A stretch of 64,000 bases of DNA, taken from the IMG/VR virus record IMGVR_UViG_3300020451_002055, one strand, 5' to 3'. A model generated the notes under the pieces. The model did no database searches, was not told the DNA's origin, and was given only the letters and a program-made list of their open reading frames with translations. This DNA comes from a virus (Duplodnaviria > Heunggongvirae > Uroviricota > Caudoviricetes). Shown here one piece after another: positions 25,939 through 34,613 of this stretch (positions within the stretch are counted from its first letter, which is position 1; the number at the start of each line of letters is the position of its first letter). A program made the position numbers and the translations under genes.

Positions 25939-26012
25939 TGGGTCATAGCTTAATTGGTTAAAGCATCCGCCTGATAAGCGGAAGAGTCCTGGTTCAAGTC
26001 CAGGTGGCCCAA
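25939..26012 (+). tRNA. trnI: tRNA-Ile(GAT)
   Basis: TCCGC-CT GAT AA-GCGGA. Confidence 0.95.
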
Positions 26013-26015
26013 TTT

Positions 26016-26175
26016 GGTAGGTAATGCTCTGAAGAAAGTCTTGGCTGTACATCCAAGATGAGCTTTCTCAAGAAATCAGGAAAGCAAGTATTCAGATTCA
26101 GCACATGCGACTACTGGGACGCGCGAAAATATTCCCGATAAGACCAAGGTATGTAGGTACTCCTTGGGCCTACCA
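26016..26175 (+). ncRNA. giant tRNA-like RNA D (160 nt)
   Basis: Acceptor-like GGTAGGT/GCCTACC+A with abutting CCAAGG/CCTTGG hairpin; long internal helices. Confidence 0.6.
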
Positions 26176-26179
26176 ACTT

Positions 26180-26253
26180 GCCGAAGTAGCTCAACTGGTC
26201 AGAGCGTTCGCCTCATAAGCGAAAGGTTGGGAGTTCGAGTCTCCCCTTCGGTA
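26180..26253 (+). tRNA. tRNA(CAT), elongator Met or Ile2
   Basis: TTCGC-CT CAT AA-GCGAA; lacks initiator features. Confidence 0.85.
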
Positions 26254-26254
26254 T

Positions 26255-26479
26255 TTGTCAGATAACTTCATCAAAATCAACGACGAGATAATATTGCAAC
26301 CCGGCGATGGCAAGAAGATGACCAAAACCGAGGAGCATATACGAAGCTTACCAGCTTATCAGCGGCAGCATCTATGGAAGTATGTCCTGATGGCTGAAAA
26401 GCTCCGAGATTACAGAGAGGCTCAAGATGACGCCAGACGAACGGAAAGCGGCGATAGAGAAAGCTCAGAAGGATGCTAG
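26255..26479 (+). CDS. hypothetical protein (start uncertain)
   Basis: ORF fills gap; overlaps next ORF. Confidence 0.4.
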   Translation: MSDNFIKINDEIILQPGDGKKMTKTEEHIRSLPAYQRQHLWKYVLMAEKLRDYREAQDDARRTESGDRESSEGC

Positions 26480-26759
26480 GGCTGCTCTGATCCTTGTCAA
26501 GGAACTGAAAGCTCATTGCGAGCATCGTATTCGCAGGTTCAATTCTTCAAGTTCGGCTCAATGCGATGTCTGCGGAACTCACTTCGGTTGGTTCTGCCCT
26601 AAATCGCCTGACAGCGTATGCCATTACGAGACCAACGAAGAGTCGATGATCGAGCTTATCGATGGCAACCTGTCGAAGCCCGGAGCCCATTGGAACGGGC
26701 AGAAGTATGAAACAGATGACTGTTGCGTGTTCTGCGGCGCTCCAGAAGAACGCAAGTAA
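26427..26759 (+). CDS. Cys-rich hypothetical protein
   Basis: CxH, CDVC, FCP..PD.VCHY, CVFCG motifs; GAGG RBS. Confidence 0.7.
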   Translation: MTPDERKAAIEKAQKDARAALILVKELKAHCEHRIRRFNSSSSAQCDVCGTHFGWFCPKSPDSVCHYETNEESMIELIDGNLSKPGAHWNGQKYETDDCCVFCGAPEERK

Positions 26760-26862
26760 CGAAACTGCTTTCGTATCGAGCTAAGTTGAAATTTGCGAAG
26801 GTCATAGCTGTCTTGTTCTGAATCTTGGGGGTTGCACGATCAACCCTTTTGAAAGGTTCAGA

Positions 26863-28149
26863 ATGAACAAGAAGATCGTAATCTCGACCCCAAGCGACAT
26901 AAAGAAAATCGATGGCTCTCAAACTGCTGACAAGGCCAAGATCGATGTTCCAAAGATCGATGAGAGGGTAGGGCAACTCGCGGATAGCTTGATAGCTACT
27001 GCTCCATGCGCTTCTTCAAACTGGTCAGAAGATAATCCTCATCATATGGGTTATGGCCTCAAGTCAGAAGGCGGCTGGATGAGGTTCATGCAAGGCCATA
27101 TCTGGCGTTGCGTCAATGAGCTTGGCTACAAGCGAGTCCTATTCCATCTTCCTTGCGGTAAGACTACAGGTCAATCACCATGGGCGGTTGAACAGCGCCG
27201 CTTGGAAGCTGAGTACGGCATCCCTTATAACGATTGGACGCACGAGCAGAAAGAGGCCTTCGAGAACCTGGGTCTTGAAAAGTGGCATATGAGCATTGAC
27301 CATGCTCATGATCTTGAGAGAACTGGCAATGAGTTCATCATGTACGGCTTCTATGAAGCTCTAGACTGGGTTCATGAACAAGCTCCCGACGTAGAGATTA
27401 TCTGCTACATCGGTTCTTACGATGGCGAAGACAAACGACGAATCGAGAACAACGAATACGGAGAAGTCTTTTACGATTGGTGGAGATCGATCAAGCCTCT
27501 CATTGATCGAGAATGGGTTTCTCTGGTCTTCGATGCCGCAGTAGGAAAAGAGCCTGACCATCCGAATGCAAGACTTGTCCAGCTTGCTCAAGACGCAAAG
27601 AAGCGGCAAGGCCGCTTTGTAGGAGTAGAGGCCCGCATACAGAAGGGTCGTCCTTGGCCGAATGATATGGGAATGACTTGCGTTGCTTGGGCAAAGACAT
27701 GGAGAAGGCAGGCCCATTCGGGTAATATACCTAGATCAGAACTTAATGTCTCTCCTATCATCGTATACGACGGACATGCAAGAAGTCAGGTAGAAAACGA
27801 CTACAACGGCGATTGGTTTGCTTACATGGCAGAGAACCTTATGGAAGATTGCCAATTGGCTCCATCTCCATTGGGAGGAGAGTTTGCAGAGCTAACTACA
27901 ACTCAAGTTGCTCAAAAGCTCTTGACATATCTTCCTGACGATAGCAATAACTCTGATGACTCAGAAGTTGCCGTAGAAATGACGGTTGTTGACGCCAGCG
28001 GTCAAGTGGAAGGACCGGTTGTTCCTAAAGCGGGCGTCATGATGCTGTGGACGCCTGTTACGGATTCGCCCGGTCTTGACGAAGAAACGAAGACAGAGAT
28101 CAGAAAACAGACGGCTTTAGCCATTTACAACGCTATAAGTAAGCGATAG
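26863..28149 (+). CDS. hypothetical protein, possible TIM-barrel/glycoside-hydrolase-like; paralog of 43562-44611
   Basis: 428-aa ORF; shared motifs with minus-strand paralog. Confidence 0.75.
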   Translation: MNKKIVISTPSDIKKIDGSQTADKAKIDVPKIDERVGQLADSLIATAPCASSNWSEDNPHHMGYGLKSEGGWMRFMQGHIWRCVNELGYKRVLFHLPCGKTTGQSPWAVEQRRLEAEYGIPYNDWTHEQKEAFENLGLEKWHMSIDHAHDLERTGNEFIMYGFYEALDWVHEQAPDVEIICYIGSYDGEDKRRIENNEYGEVFYDWWRSIKPLIDREWVSLVFDAAVGKEPDHPNARLVQLAQDAKKRQGRFVGVEARIQKGRPWPNDMGMTCVAWAKTWRRQAHSGNIPRSELNVSPIIVYDGHARSQVENDYNGDWFAYMAENLMEDCQLAPSPLGGEFAELTTTQVAQKLLTYLPDDSNNSDDSEVAVEMTVVDASGQVEGPVVPKAGVMMLWTPVTDSPGLDEETKTEIRKQTALAIYNAISKR

Positions 28150-28162
28150 GAAAGGAGGCGAT

Positions 28163-28612
28163 ATGAAGTGCGGAGCATTGTTGCGATATCAGCAGCAGAA
28201 GACGAAGGACGGACAGCCTAAGTTCAAGAAGAACGGCGAGCCTCGCATGCATCGTACTCATTGCGTCTCTCCTTACTCTCTGAAGCGTCATGGCGACGAA
28301 TTGCTAGACGGTCATCCGAAGAGCGAGTTTACTCGCTGCGACGGAGAGCTTCGAGTCAGCATCAGCAACCCGGACGGTTGTTGCTGCGGATACTCGCTAG
28401 CAGAGTTCGAGATCGAGTACGAATGCAAGGCATGCGGAAACACTTTCTTTCCGGAGTTGCCTCGCACAGAAAGCGATCTCGAAGAGTTCATGCAGTCGTT
28501 CGTTAGCGAGTTGTCTGAGGCAAAGCGCAAGAAGCGACTTGACGCAAAGGCTGAGTTTGAGTCGATGTCATTCGAGGAACGTCTCGAATACTTCAAATCA
28601 AAGAGCAAATAA
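28163..28612 (+). CDS. hypothetical Cys-containing protein
   Basis: AAGGAGG RBS. Confidence 0.75.
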   Translation: MKCGALLRYQQQKTKDGQPKFKKNGEPRMHRTHCVSPYSLKRHGDELLDGHPKSEFTRCDGELRVSISNPDGCCCGYSLAEFEIEYECKACGNTFFPELPRTESDLEEFMQSFVSELSEAKRKKRLDAKAEFESMSFEERLEYFKSKSK

Positions 28613-28638
28613 CCTAAAGGCGGCAAAAGCCGCCGAAC

Positions 28639-28710
28639 GGGTCCGAAGCATAGTAGGAGATGCACCTGGTTCTTACCCAGGAGAAGAGGGTTCGAATCCC
28701 TACGGACTCA
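28639..28710 (+). tRNA. trnK: tRNA-Lys(CTT)
   Basis: CCTGG-TT CTT AC-CCAGG. Confidence 0.85.
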
Positions 28711-28712
28711 TT

Positions 28713-29267
28713 ATGTTGCATGATTCATTTCATAAGCGCATCATTGTTCAATATCTTGAAAAAGAAGATTGGGCAGCAAATTTAGATAAAGAGGCAAGAG
28801 AAAAGCTTCGCAAGAGAAAACACTTAGGCGATAGCGAACTCTCATTTACGAAGGATATTGGAGGAACCAATATTCATGTTTGCGAGTTCAAGGTTTCTTA
28901 TCTCATACCGAATCATTATACTCTTGATGCATATGAGCTAGACTATAGCACTTGGCAAGAAGAGTATGAGGTTCTTGATATCGAAATGACAGATGAAGAG
29001 GCCCTGACTGCTGATTCAATATTCGTTATCAAAGAGCTTTATGACACGATGGATATGACTTTCGGCTGGTCACTTGACCATGTAAACATCTGGCAATCAA
29101 AGGCTTTCACTAGTCGAGAACTGGCTCAAAAGGAAGCAGAAAAGATCGAGTTCCGTTCCCATGGGAAATGGTACGAAAGGAAGATTGTTCATTCTGCCGA
29201 GATATGCAGGGTTCCTTTCAGCATCAACGTTCCGTACCATTGCTACTGGGAAGAAATGGCCGAATAG
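28713..29267 (+). CDS. hypothetical protein
   Basis: ORF immediately after tRNA-Lys. Confidence 0.65.
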   Translation: MLHDSFHKRIIVQYLEKEDWAANLDKEAREKLRKRKHLGDSELSFTKDIGGTNIHVCEFKVSYLIPNHYTLDAYELDYSTWQEEYEVLDIEMTDEEALTADSIFVIKELYDTMDMTFGWSLDHVNIWQSKAFTSRELAQKEAEKIEFRSHGKWYERKIVHSAEICRVPFSINVPYHCYWEEMAE

Positions 29268-29334
29268 AATACTGATGGGCTATGGACAGGTGGCTGTGCT
29301 TGTGATACAATGCCATGCCATCAGGAGCAAAGCA

Positions 29335-30078
29335 ATGAATCGCTCAAAGAATCAAGCGTTTACTCTGGTCGAGACCCTAGCCGTTATTGGAGTGATTGCG
29401 ATTATCATCGCCATTGTCCTGCCGTCTCTCTCGGCTTCTCGGACAATGGCAGGGCTAAACGTTCATCGCTCAAATATGCGGGATTGCTTGAACTCGATTG
29501 CTATTTATTCGCAGTCATACCGAGATCGCTTCCCATTTATGGGAGTTCCGGGTCAGCCCGAACGAGGAGTTGCTGAGTTCAATGACCTGATTTCGCCGGA
29601 TGAGGGGCTTTCATACAATGCGGGTTATTTTTCTGCAAACTCATTTCATTGGCCTACTGTCCTAAAGAGAGCAGGTTTTGATATCGAGTTCGTATCCGAA
29701 CCTGATGATGAACACAGACAGCGGTTGCAAGAAAGGTATGGAAATTCAGAGATTCTCGGTTCAGCCTATCAGCTATCTCATACTCTTGTAGCTGCTCCTG
29801 CCTATTGGCAAAATACAGCCAATCAGGATCCTTCCTATTTCCGCCCCATGAATACAAGCAGAATTCGCTACCCGAGTAAGAAGGGTACTATGCTTGCTCT
29901 CCGTCTTGGAGTGTTTGAGGATGGAGAAAACGACTGGGTAGTCGTTGGCTTTGGAGACAACTCTGTAAGCAAAAGAAGATTCATAGCTGACAATGGACTG
30001 GAACATCGTCCATATTATTCATGCTTGCCCTTTGCCGTTATTACGACAGTTAACGGTATCGAAGGTCAAGATTACTAA
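29335..30078 (+). CDS. prepilin-type N-terminal cleavage/methylation domain protein (Planctomycete-type)
   Basis: AFTLVETLAVIGVIAIIIAIVLPSLSASR; F+1/E+5 spacing; AGGAG RBS. Confidence 0.85.
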   Translation: MNRSKNQAFTLVETLAVIGVIAIIIAIVLPSLSASRTMAGLNVHRSNMRDCLNSIAIYSQSYRDRFPFMGVPGQPERGVAEFNDLISPDEGLSYNAGYFSANSFHWPTVLKRAGFDIEFVSEPDDEHRQRLQERYGNSEILGSAYQLSHTLVAAPAYWQNTANQDPSYFRPMNTSRIRYPSKKGTMLALRLGVFEDGENDWVVVGFGDNSVSKRRFIADNGLEHRPYYSCLPFAVITTVNGIEGQDY

Positions 30079-30084
30079 ACTCAT

Positions 30085-30156
30085 GACTCCGTAGCTCAGA
30101 GGCAGAGCGGCTGGTTGTTAACCAGCGGGTCGGGATGTCGGAATTCCCCGGAGTCG
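30085..30156 (+). tRNA. trnN: tRNA-Asn(GTT), atypical T loop
   Basis: GCTGG-TT GTT AA-CCAGC; T arm reads GGGAT-GTCGGAA-TTCCC. Confidence 0.75.
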
Positions 30157-30176
30157 TTTCAATTAAGGAGATCGCC

Positions 30177-30587
30177 ATGAGCAGTCTTTCAGCAATCGGA
30201 ACGGTTGCCGTCAGTTCTGGCGATCAAAAGCCCGGATGGTACTATCTGTCTGTTGACGACGATTTTTCTCGCTACTACGCATGGTTCTGTCGGATGACCG
30301 GCGGCTGGGACTTGCCGCTCAACGGCTGTCACATCACTTTCATCGCGGGCGAGAAAGAAGGCGATCTCATCGATCCTTCTCGCGTTCCATTGCTCGGACA
30401 AGAGGTGGAGTTCTATTACGATCCCATCATTATGACCGAAGGTAGATCGTTCTGGATCAACGTGGAATGTCCTGTTCTCGATGAGCTTCGAAGCTCGCTG
30501 GGTCTTCCCTGCAAGTGGAGAGGCTACCATGTTACTCTAGGGAACCTCAAGAACAGGAACCCTAGGAGAACGCAATGGGCAATCTGA
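30177..30587 (+). CDS. 2H phosphoesterase family protein
   Basis: Two HxT motifs (CHITF, YHVTL) about 65 aa apart; AAGGAG RBS. Confidence 0.75.
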   Translation: MSSLSAIGTVAVSSGDQKPGWYYLSVDDDFSRYYAWFCRMTGGWDLPLNGCHITFIAGEKEGDLIDPSRVPLLGQEVEFYYDPIIMTEGRSFWINVECPVLDELRSSLGLPCKWRGYHVTLGNLKNRNPRRTQWAI

Positions 30588-30847
30588 AGACTCTTGCTCT
30601 GATCGGCGGCGGCTTGGCAGTTGGTTTCGGTCTTTTCATCCGCAAGCTCAACAGAGATATCGAAGAAGCCGATCGTCGGTTGGGCGAAGCTCTTGACAAT
30701 CTGCATAGCGCAGAGCGAGAGATGCAAGACCTCATCAACAACGGCGACTTTACTGCCGAAGAGATCAATGAAGAGATCGAGAAAAGGCGAAGGGATGGAG
30801 AACCCGAGCACCTGGGCGCTGATCTGTTCGATGATGATATAGATTGA
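30575..30847 (+). CDS. small membrane-anchored protein
   Basis: N-terminal TM and acidic coiled coil; AGGAG RBS. Confidence 0.65.
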   Translation: MGNLKTLALIGGGLAVGFGLFIRKLNRDIEEADRRLGEALDNLHSAEREMQDLINNGDFTAEEINEEIEKRRRDGEPEHLGADLFDDDID

Positions 30848-30850
30848 TGC

Positions 30851-31282
30851 ATGGATCGGGTTGAGCTTTACACCGATGGGTCATGCGAGCCCTCCTCCGG
30901 CATCGGAGGATGGGCTTTTATCCTTCGGTTTCCTGAGATCGGGCACGAAGTCAAAGCTGCCGGTCGAGCAGAAGAGACAACGAACAATCGAATGGAGATG
31001 ACTGCGGTCATCGAAGGCCTCAAGCGTCTCAACAAACGCTGCGAGGTCGTTGTCTATGCAGACAGCAAGTATGTCCTTGACGGACTTAGAAGTTGGCTTC
31101 CTGCATGGAAGAAGAACGGATGGAAGAAGTCTGACAAGAAGCCCGTGAAGAACAAAGATCTATGGGTTGTCTTGGACGAACTGAAGAAGGCCCATAAGCT
31201 GCGTTACAACTGGGTCAAGGGTCATAACGACCACGAAGAGAATGAGCAAGTCGATCAGATGGCTTGCAACATACGGCGGTAG
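30851..31282 (+). CDS. rnhA: ribonuclease HI
   Basis: YTDGSC, TTNNRMEMTA, YADSKYV, WVKGH..NEQVDQMA. Confidence 0.95.
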   Translation: MDRVELYTDGSCEPSSGIGGWAFILRFPEIGHEVKAAGRAEETTNNRMEMTAVIEGLKRLNKRCEVVVYADSKYVLDGLRSWLPAWKKNGWKKSDKKPVKNKDLWVVLDELKKAHKLRYNWVKGHNDHEENEQVDQMACNIRR

Positions 31283-31359
31283 CTCAATTGGTAGAGCGTC
31301 TGACGACTGGAAAGTCTTTCCACATCAGAAGGTTGGCAGTTCGAATCCGTCCCGCCGTG
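31273..31359 (+). tRNA. tRNA with 14-nt hairpin insertion in the anticodon loop (identity unclear, Trp-like acceptor)
   Basis: ACGGCGG/CCGCCGT+G, canonical D arm, TCTGA/TCAGA stem enclosing 21 nt. Confidence 0.7.
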
Positions 31360-31361
31360 TT

Positions 31362-31616
31362 ATGTGCCAAAAATGCCAAGATCTTGTAGATGAGCTTCTT
31401 CCTGATATATCAAAGGAAGACTTAGGCCGTTTTCTCTGGAGCGCGACAGCTTTTCCTATGGCTGGTTGCGATATCCTACAGAAGCAGATCAGAGAAATGG
31501 TCGAACGCAGCGGCGGAGACGTTGACAAAGCGATTGCTTTAGCTCATGAAGACATGGATAGAGAGTTCGAAGCATACAAAAAGCGAGAGGCCGCTGGCGA
31601 GTTCGATGAGGACTAA
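31362..31616 (+). CDS. hypothetical protein
   Basis: ORF between tRNAs. Confidence 0.6.
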   Translation: MCQKCQDLVDELLPDISKEDLGRFLWSATAFPMAGCDILQKQIREMVERSGGDVDKAIALAHEDMDREFEAYKKREAAGEFDED

Positions 31617-31643
31617 GGCCTCTGAATTCAAAGCAGAACTTAT

Positions 31644-31716
31644 GCGGGCGTAGCTCAATTGGAAGAGCAAAGGCCTTCGAAGCCTGAGGTTGGGGGTTCG
31701 AATCCCTCCGCCCGTG
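31644..31716 (+). tRNA. trnR: tRNA-Arg(TCG)
   Basis: AAGGC-CT TCG AA-GCCTG; A20. Confidence 0.9.
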
Positions 31717-31727
31717 TTTTAGTATTT

Positions 31728-31799
31728 GCTGGCGTAGTCTAACTGGTAAGGCGCTTTCCTCGTAAGAAAGAGTAGCGGGTTCGAGTCCTGCCGTCAGCT
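31728..31799 (+). tRNA. trnT: tRNA-Thr(CGT)
   Basis: CTTTC-CT CGT AA-GAAAG. Confidence 0.95.
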
Positions 31800-31805
31800 T
31801 TTCAT

Positions 31806-31878
31806 GCCGGAGTAGCTCAATTGGTAGAGCAGCGTACTTGTAATACGCAGGTTAGGAGTTCGAGTCTCCTCTTCGGCT
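31806..31878 (+). tRNA. trnT: tRNA-Thr(TGT)
   Basis: GCGTA-CT TGT AA-TACGC. Confidence 0.95.
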
Positions 31879-31921
31879 TTTATTCCATGCAAGTGAACCT
31901 TGTTTCTGTTAGCATACATTC

Positions 31922-32335
31922 ATGAGCGATTACGAAACAAAGTCAGGCATCAGAGTCGAGATCAAGTCCCTCAAAGGTAAGAGTAGGCCCGAGGCCTATG
32001 CTTACTTCCAGTCCATTCTCGGAGACGCTGAAGACGTTGACGAGTTCGATGGAAAGGTTGAGTGGTTTGAATATTCAGGCAAGTTCCGACCCGGTGATGA
32101 GTACACCTACGGCGAAACCGACGATGATCGCTGGTTCGTTGACATGGTGGCCTCTGAAGGCAAAGAAATCGACGGAGAGGGCGACCTGTATTTGAGCTTC
32201 GAAAAGCTCAATAGCATGGTCGATGAGTTGATTGAGAAGTTTGGCATCGAACGAGAAGATGTCATGGTCTTCTCTTACACTTGGTATAACGGGGTCGATG
32301 AGCCTCGATATGTTGACCCTCCCAAACAGCGATAG
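31922..32335 (+). CDS. hypothetical acidic protein
   Basis: ORF; possible promoter ATGCAA-17-TAGCAT at 31887-31915. Confidence 0.7.
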   Translation: MSDYETKSGIRVEIKSLKGKSRPEAYAYFQSILGDAEDVDEFDGKVEWFEYSGKFRPGDEYTYGETDDDRWFVDMVASEGKEIDGEGDLYLSFEKLNSMVDELIEKFGIEREDVMVFSYTWYNGVDEPRYVDPPKQR

Positions 32336-32344
32336 GCATGTTCT

Positions 32345-33172
32345 ATGAAAGCGTCCAGATTAGCAATCTGCATTTCAGGCACGCTTCGGTCTTTTCGCCA
32401 AACTCATGAATCGTTGAAGGCTCATGTTATTGAGCCTTTTGACGGTCGTGTAGACATATTTTTGCAGGCGAACATCCATCCGGATAGTTATCAAACATGG
32501 CATGATTCTGACCAATCAGACTCTACTTGGACTGACTATTCAGAAGCCCTGAAAGCATACAGACCTAAACGCACTCAGGCAACCGAGTATAGCCAAGAAG
32601 AGATCGATACCATCCATGACCGGCTTCATGAAGAGCTTGCTATTCCCAAAAGCGTAGACAGTATAGGCTGTTCCGGTTATCTGGCTTTCAAGGGCATCAG
32701 AGAATGCTTTGAAATGGCAAAAGAGCATGGGCCATATGACATCTATGTAAGATGTCGTTTTGACTCTTTCTTTCATGCTCCGGTAGATTTTGGCGTTTAC
32801 GAAGAATACTTGCCCACGCATGTAATGCTTCCTTATCCCAGAAATAGAAAACCTGGAGAGAATCCTACGTTCTTCAATGATTACAAAGACAACAAACTCA
32901 AATACGATCCGTTTGCTTTCATGAATGATCAGTTTGCTTATGGAAGCGAAGCTGGTATGGACTACTATTCCAGCCTATCAGAAGAGATGCTCCGATATTG
33001 CAGCCCTTTGCGCGGGCACGCTGCATGTTATTTCAGGATGGATGAAATACTGAATTATCACCTGTTGAGGCCAGGTGCGCCGTTTCGCCCCATCATTGAT
33101 GAAGAGGTTTACATGAATCTGATGAGGCAAGACGGTCTTGAAGACTTCTACCTGGGCAGGCACTTGCCATGA
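32345..33172 (+). CDS. putative glycosyltransferase-like protein, paralog 1
   Basis: LAICISGTLRS; YDIYVRCRFD; NDQFAYG. Confidence 0.65.
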   Translation: MKASRLAICISGTLRSFRQTHESLKAHVIEPFDGRVDIFLQANIHPDSYQTWHDSDQSDSTWTDYSEALKAYRPKRTQATEYSQEEIDTIHDRLHEELAIPKSVDSIGCSGYLAFKGIRECFEMAKEHGPYDIYVRCRFDSFFHAPVDFGVYEEYLPTHVMLPYPRNRKPGENPTFFNDYKDNKLKYDPFAFMNDQFAYGSEAGMDYYSSLSEEMLRYCSPLRGHAACYFRMDEILNYHLLRPGAPFRPIIDEEVYMNLMRQDGLEDFYLGRHLP

Positions 33173-33357
33173 AGAGAAGCGAAATCGCTGAATGGCTTGT
33201 TGATAGAGTGGAGAAGCTTGAATCTTTTCCAAGCTACGACGAGGCAATGGTTATTGTTCGAGAGATGGAACAGCTTGAAGAATGCTGGTACGGGTGGCTT
33301 GTTGAGCGGAAGCGAGTGGAGTTGGTTGCCAAGGTCTACCGCATGCTCAACGAGTGA
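33169..33357 (+). CDS. hypothetical protein
   Basis: ATGA overlap. Confidence 0.55.
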   Translation: MKRSEIAEWLVDRVEKLESFPSYDEAMVIVREMEQLEECWYGWLVERKRVELVAKVYRMLNE

Positions 33358-33380
33358 AATCAAGAACCAGTAGAATGACT

Positions 33381-33608
33381 GTCGTTGTATCTTTCGACCC
33401 ATCGCTCTATCCGTCACTCAACGATACGGACGAGAGGAAAGTCGGGACTGCACTTCGCGAATGAGGGAGGCCTAAACAGCCGTTTGGACCGCAGAGGCAG
33501 CAACTCAAACAGACCGGAGAGTGGGCGAAGCTCGTTGATGGTCGGGTAGAGGCCAATAGAGAAATGATGGGATAGAACAGGATCCCGCTTACGGATTGAT
33601 ACGACAAC
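33381..33608 (+). ncRNA. rnpB: RNase P RNA, minimal form (about 228 nt)
   Basis: CR-I GAGGAAAGTCGGG, CR-V AACAGGATCCCGCTTA, CR-IV TAGAGAAATG, P1 GTTGTATC/GATACGAC, P2 CCCATC/GATGGG, P5 CTGC/GCAG-CAA, L15 GGGTA. Confidence 0.9.
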
Positions 33609-33679
33609 GCGAGATTGATGTAACGGTAACATGGCTGCCTTCCAAGCAGTTCTTACCGGTTCGAATCCGGTATCTCGCA
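33609..33679 (+). tRNA. trnG: tRNA-Gly(TCC), second copy
   Basis: GCTGC-CT TCC AA-GCAGT. Confidence 0.9.
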
Positions 33680-33722
33680 TTTAGGCGAAAGCAAACAGGC
33701 TGCATTCTTTCAAGAGGCACAC

Positions 33723-34613
33723 ATGAGATACTACCCCAACAAAGATTGCCCTTGGGACTACGAGGAAGTTAATCGCATGCAACCAGAGGACTGGATGCTC
33801 GATCTTCTCAAGCTCAATCCAAGCTACTGCTCTTGGGGTCCGCATGAAGATTACATGTGGAATGATAAAGAGCATAGCTGGGCGAGCAGGCTTCTCTATG
33901 ATTCTTGGGATGACTTCAATATTGCTCTCGATGATCTGAATGAGGTAGTCAACTTCTACTTCGAAATCGGCAGAGAATCTGAGAAGTGCTATCTTTGCAA
34001 TGGGAGTGGCATTCATCCCGACGCTCAATGGGTAAGCGAGTCGTTCTATGAGCATTGCTCTCCGTTCATCTCAAGACCTCCGGATTACAGCCTTGTTCCG
34101 GACTACTTGAAGAACCTCTTCCCTGATGATCCGAGTCCGAAGGCTCTCGATTACGGTTCGTTTCCTTCTGATGAGATTCTCGACAGGTATCATCCTGATT
34201 TCCGCGAGTTCTGCGAGAAGATGAGAGATGGCAGGGGCTATTGGGGCGATGATGACCTGGACGCTCTTGATCTAGAGTCTCTTGAAGAGGCAGGCCGTCC
34301 TTACGACCCCAATGACAAATTCGGGATGGATGCGATCAACCGCAGCATCGTCTCTCGGTCTCGATGCGAAAGGTGGGGCATTCCTCACGAGTGCCCTGAA
34401 TGCGATGGGCATGGATACATCTATCAGGATGAGGCTGCCCATGTCGGTCTAGTCCTTTGGCTTCTGCACCCTCGAAAGGGAGCATCAAGAGGCGTTCATA
34501 TCAAACGGGTTGAGCAGGCTCAGCTACCCGAGGTCTATCAGTTCCTCAGAGAAGCAAGAGAGCGAAATGCCAATCGGTTTGGCAGGATTCCCGACGATGT
34601 GGACAAAGCCTAG
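33723..34613 (+). CDS. hypothetical protein with two CxxCxGxG zinc motifs
   Basis: CYLCNGSG and CPECDGHG; GAGG RBS. Confidence 0.75.
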   Translation: MRYYPNKDCPWDYEEVNRMQPEDWMLDLLKLNPSYCSWGPHEDYMWNDKEHSWASRLLYDSWDDFNIALDDLNEVVNFYFEIGRESEKCYLCNGSGIHPDAQWVSESFYEHCSPFISRPPDYSLVPDYLKNLFPDDPSPKALDYGSFPSDEILDRYHPDFREFCEKMRDGRGYWGDDDLDALDLESLEEAGRPYDPNDKFGMDAINRSIVSRSRCERWGIPHECPECDGHGYIYQDEAAHVGLVLWLLHPRKGASRGVHIKRVEQAQLPEVYQFLREARERNANRFGRIPDDVDKA

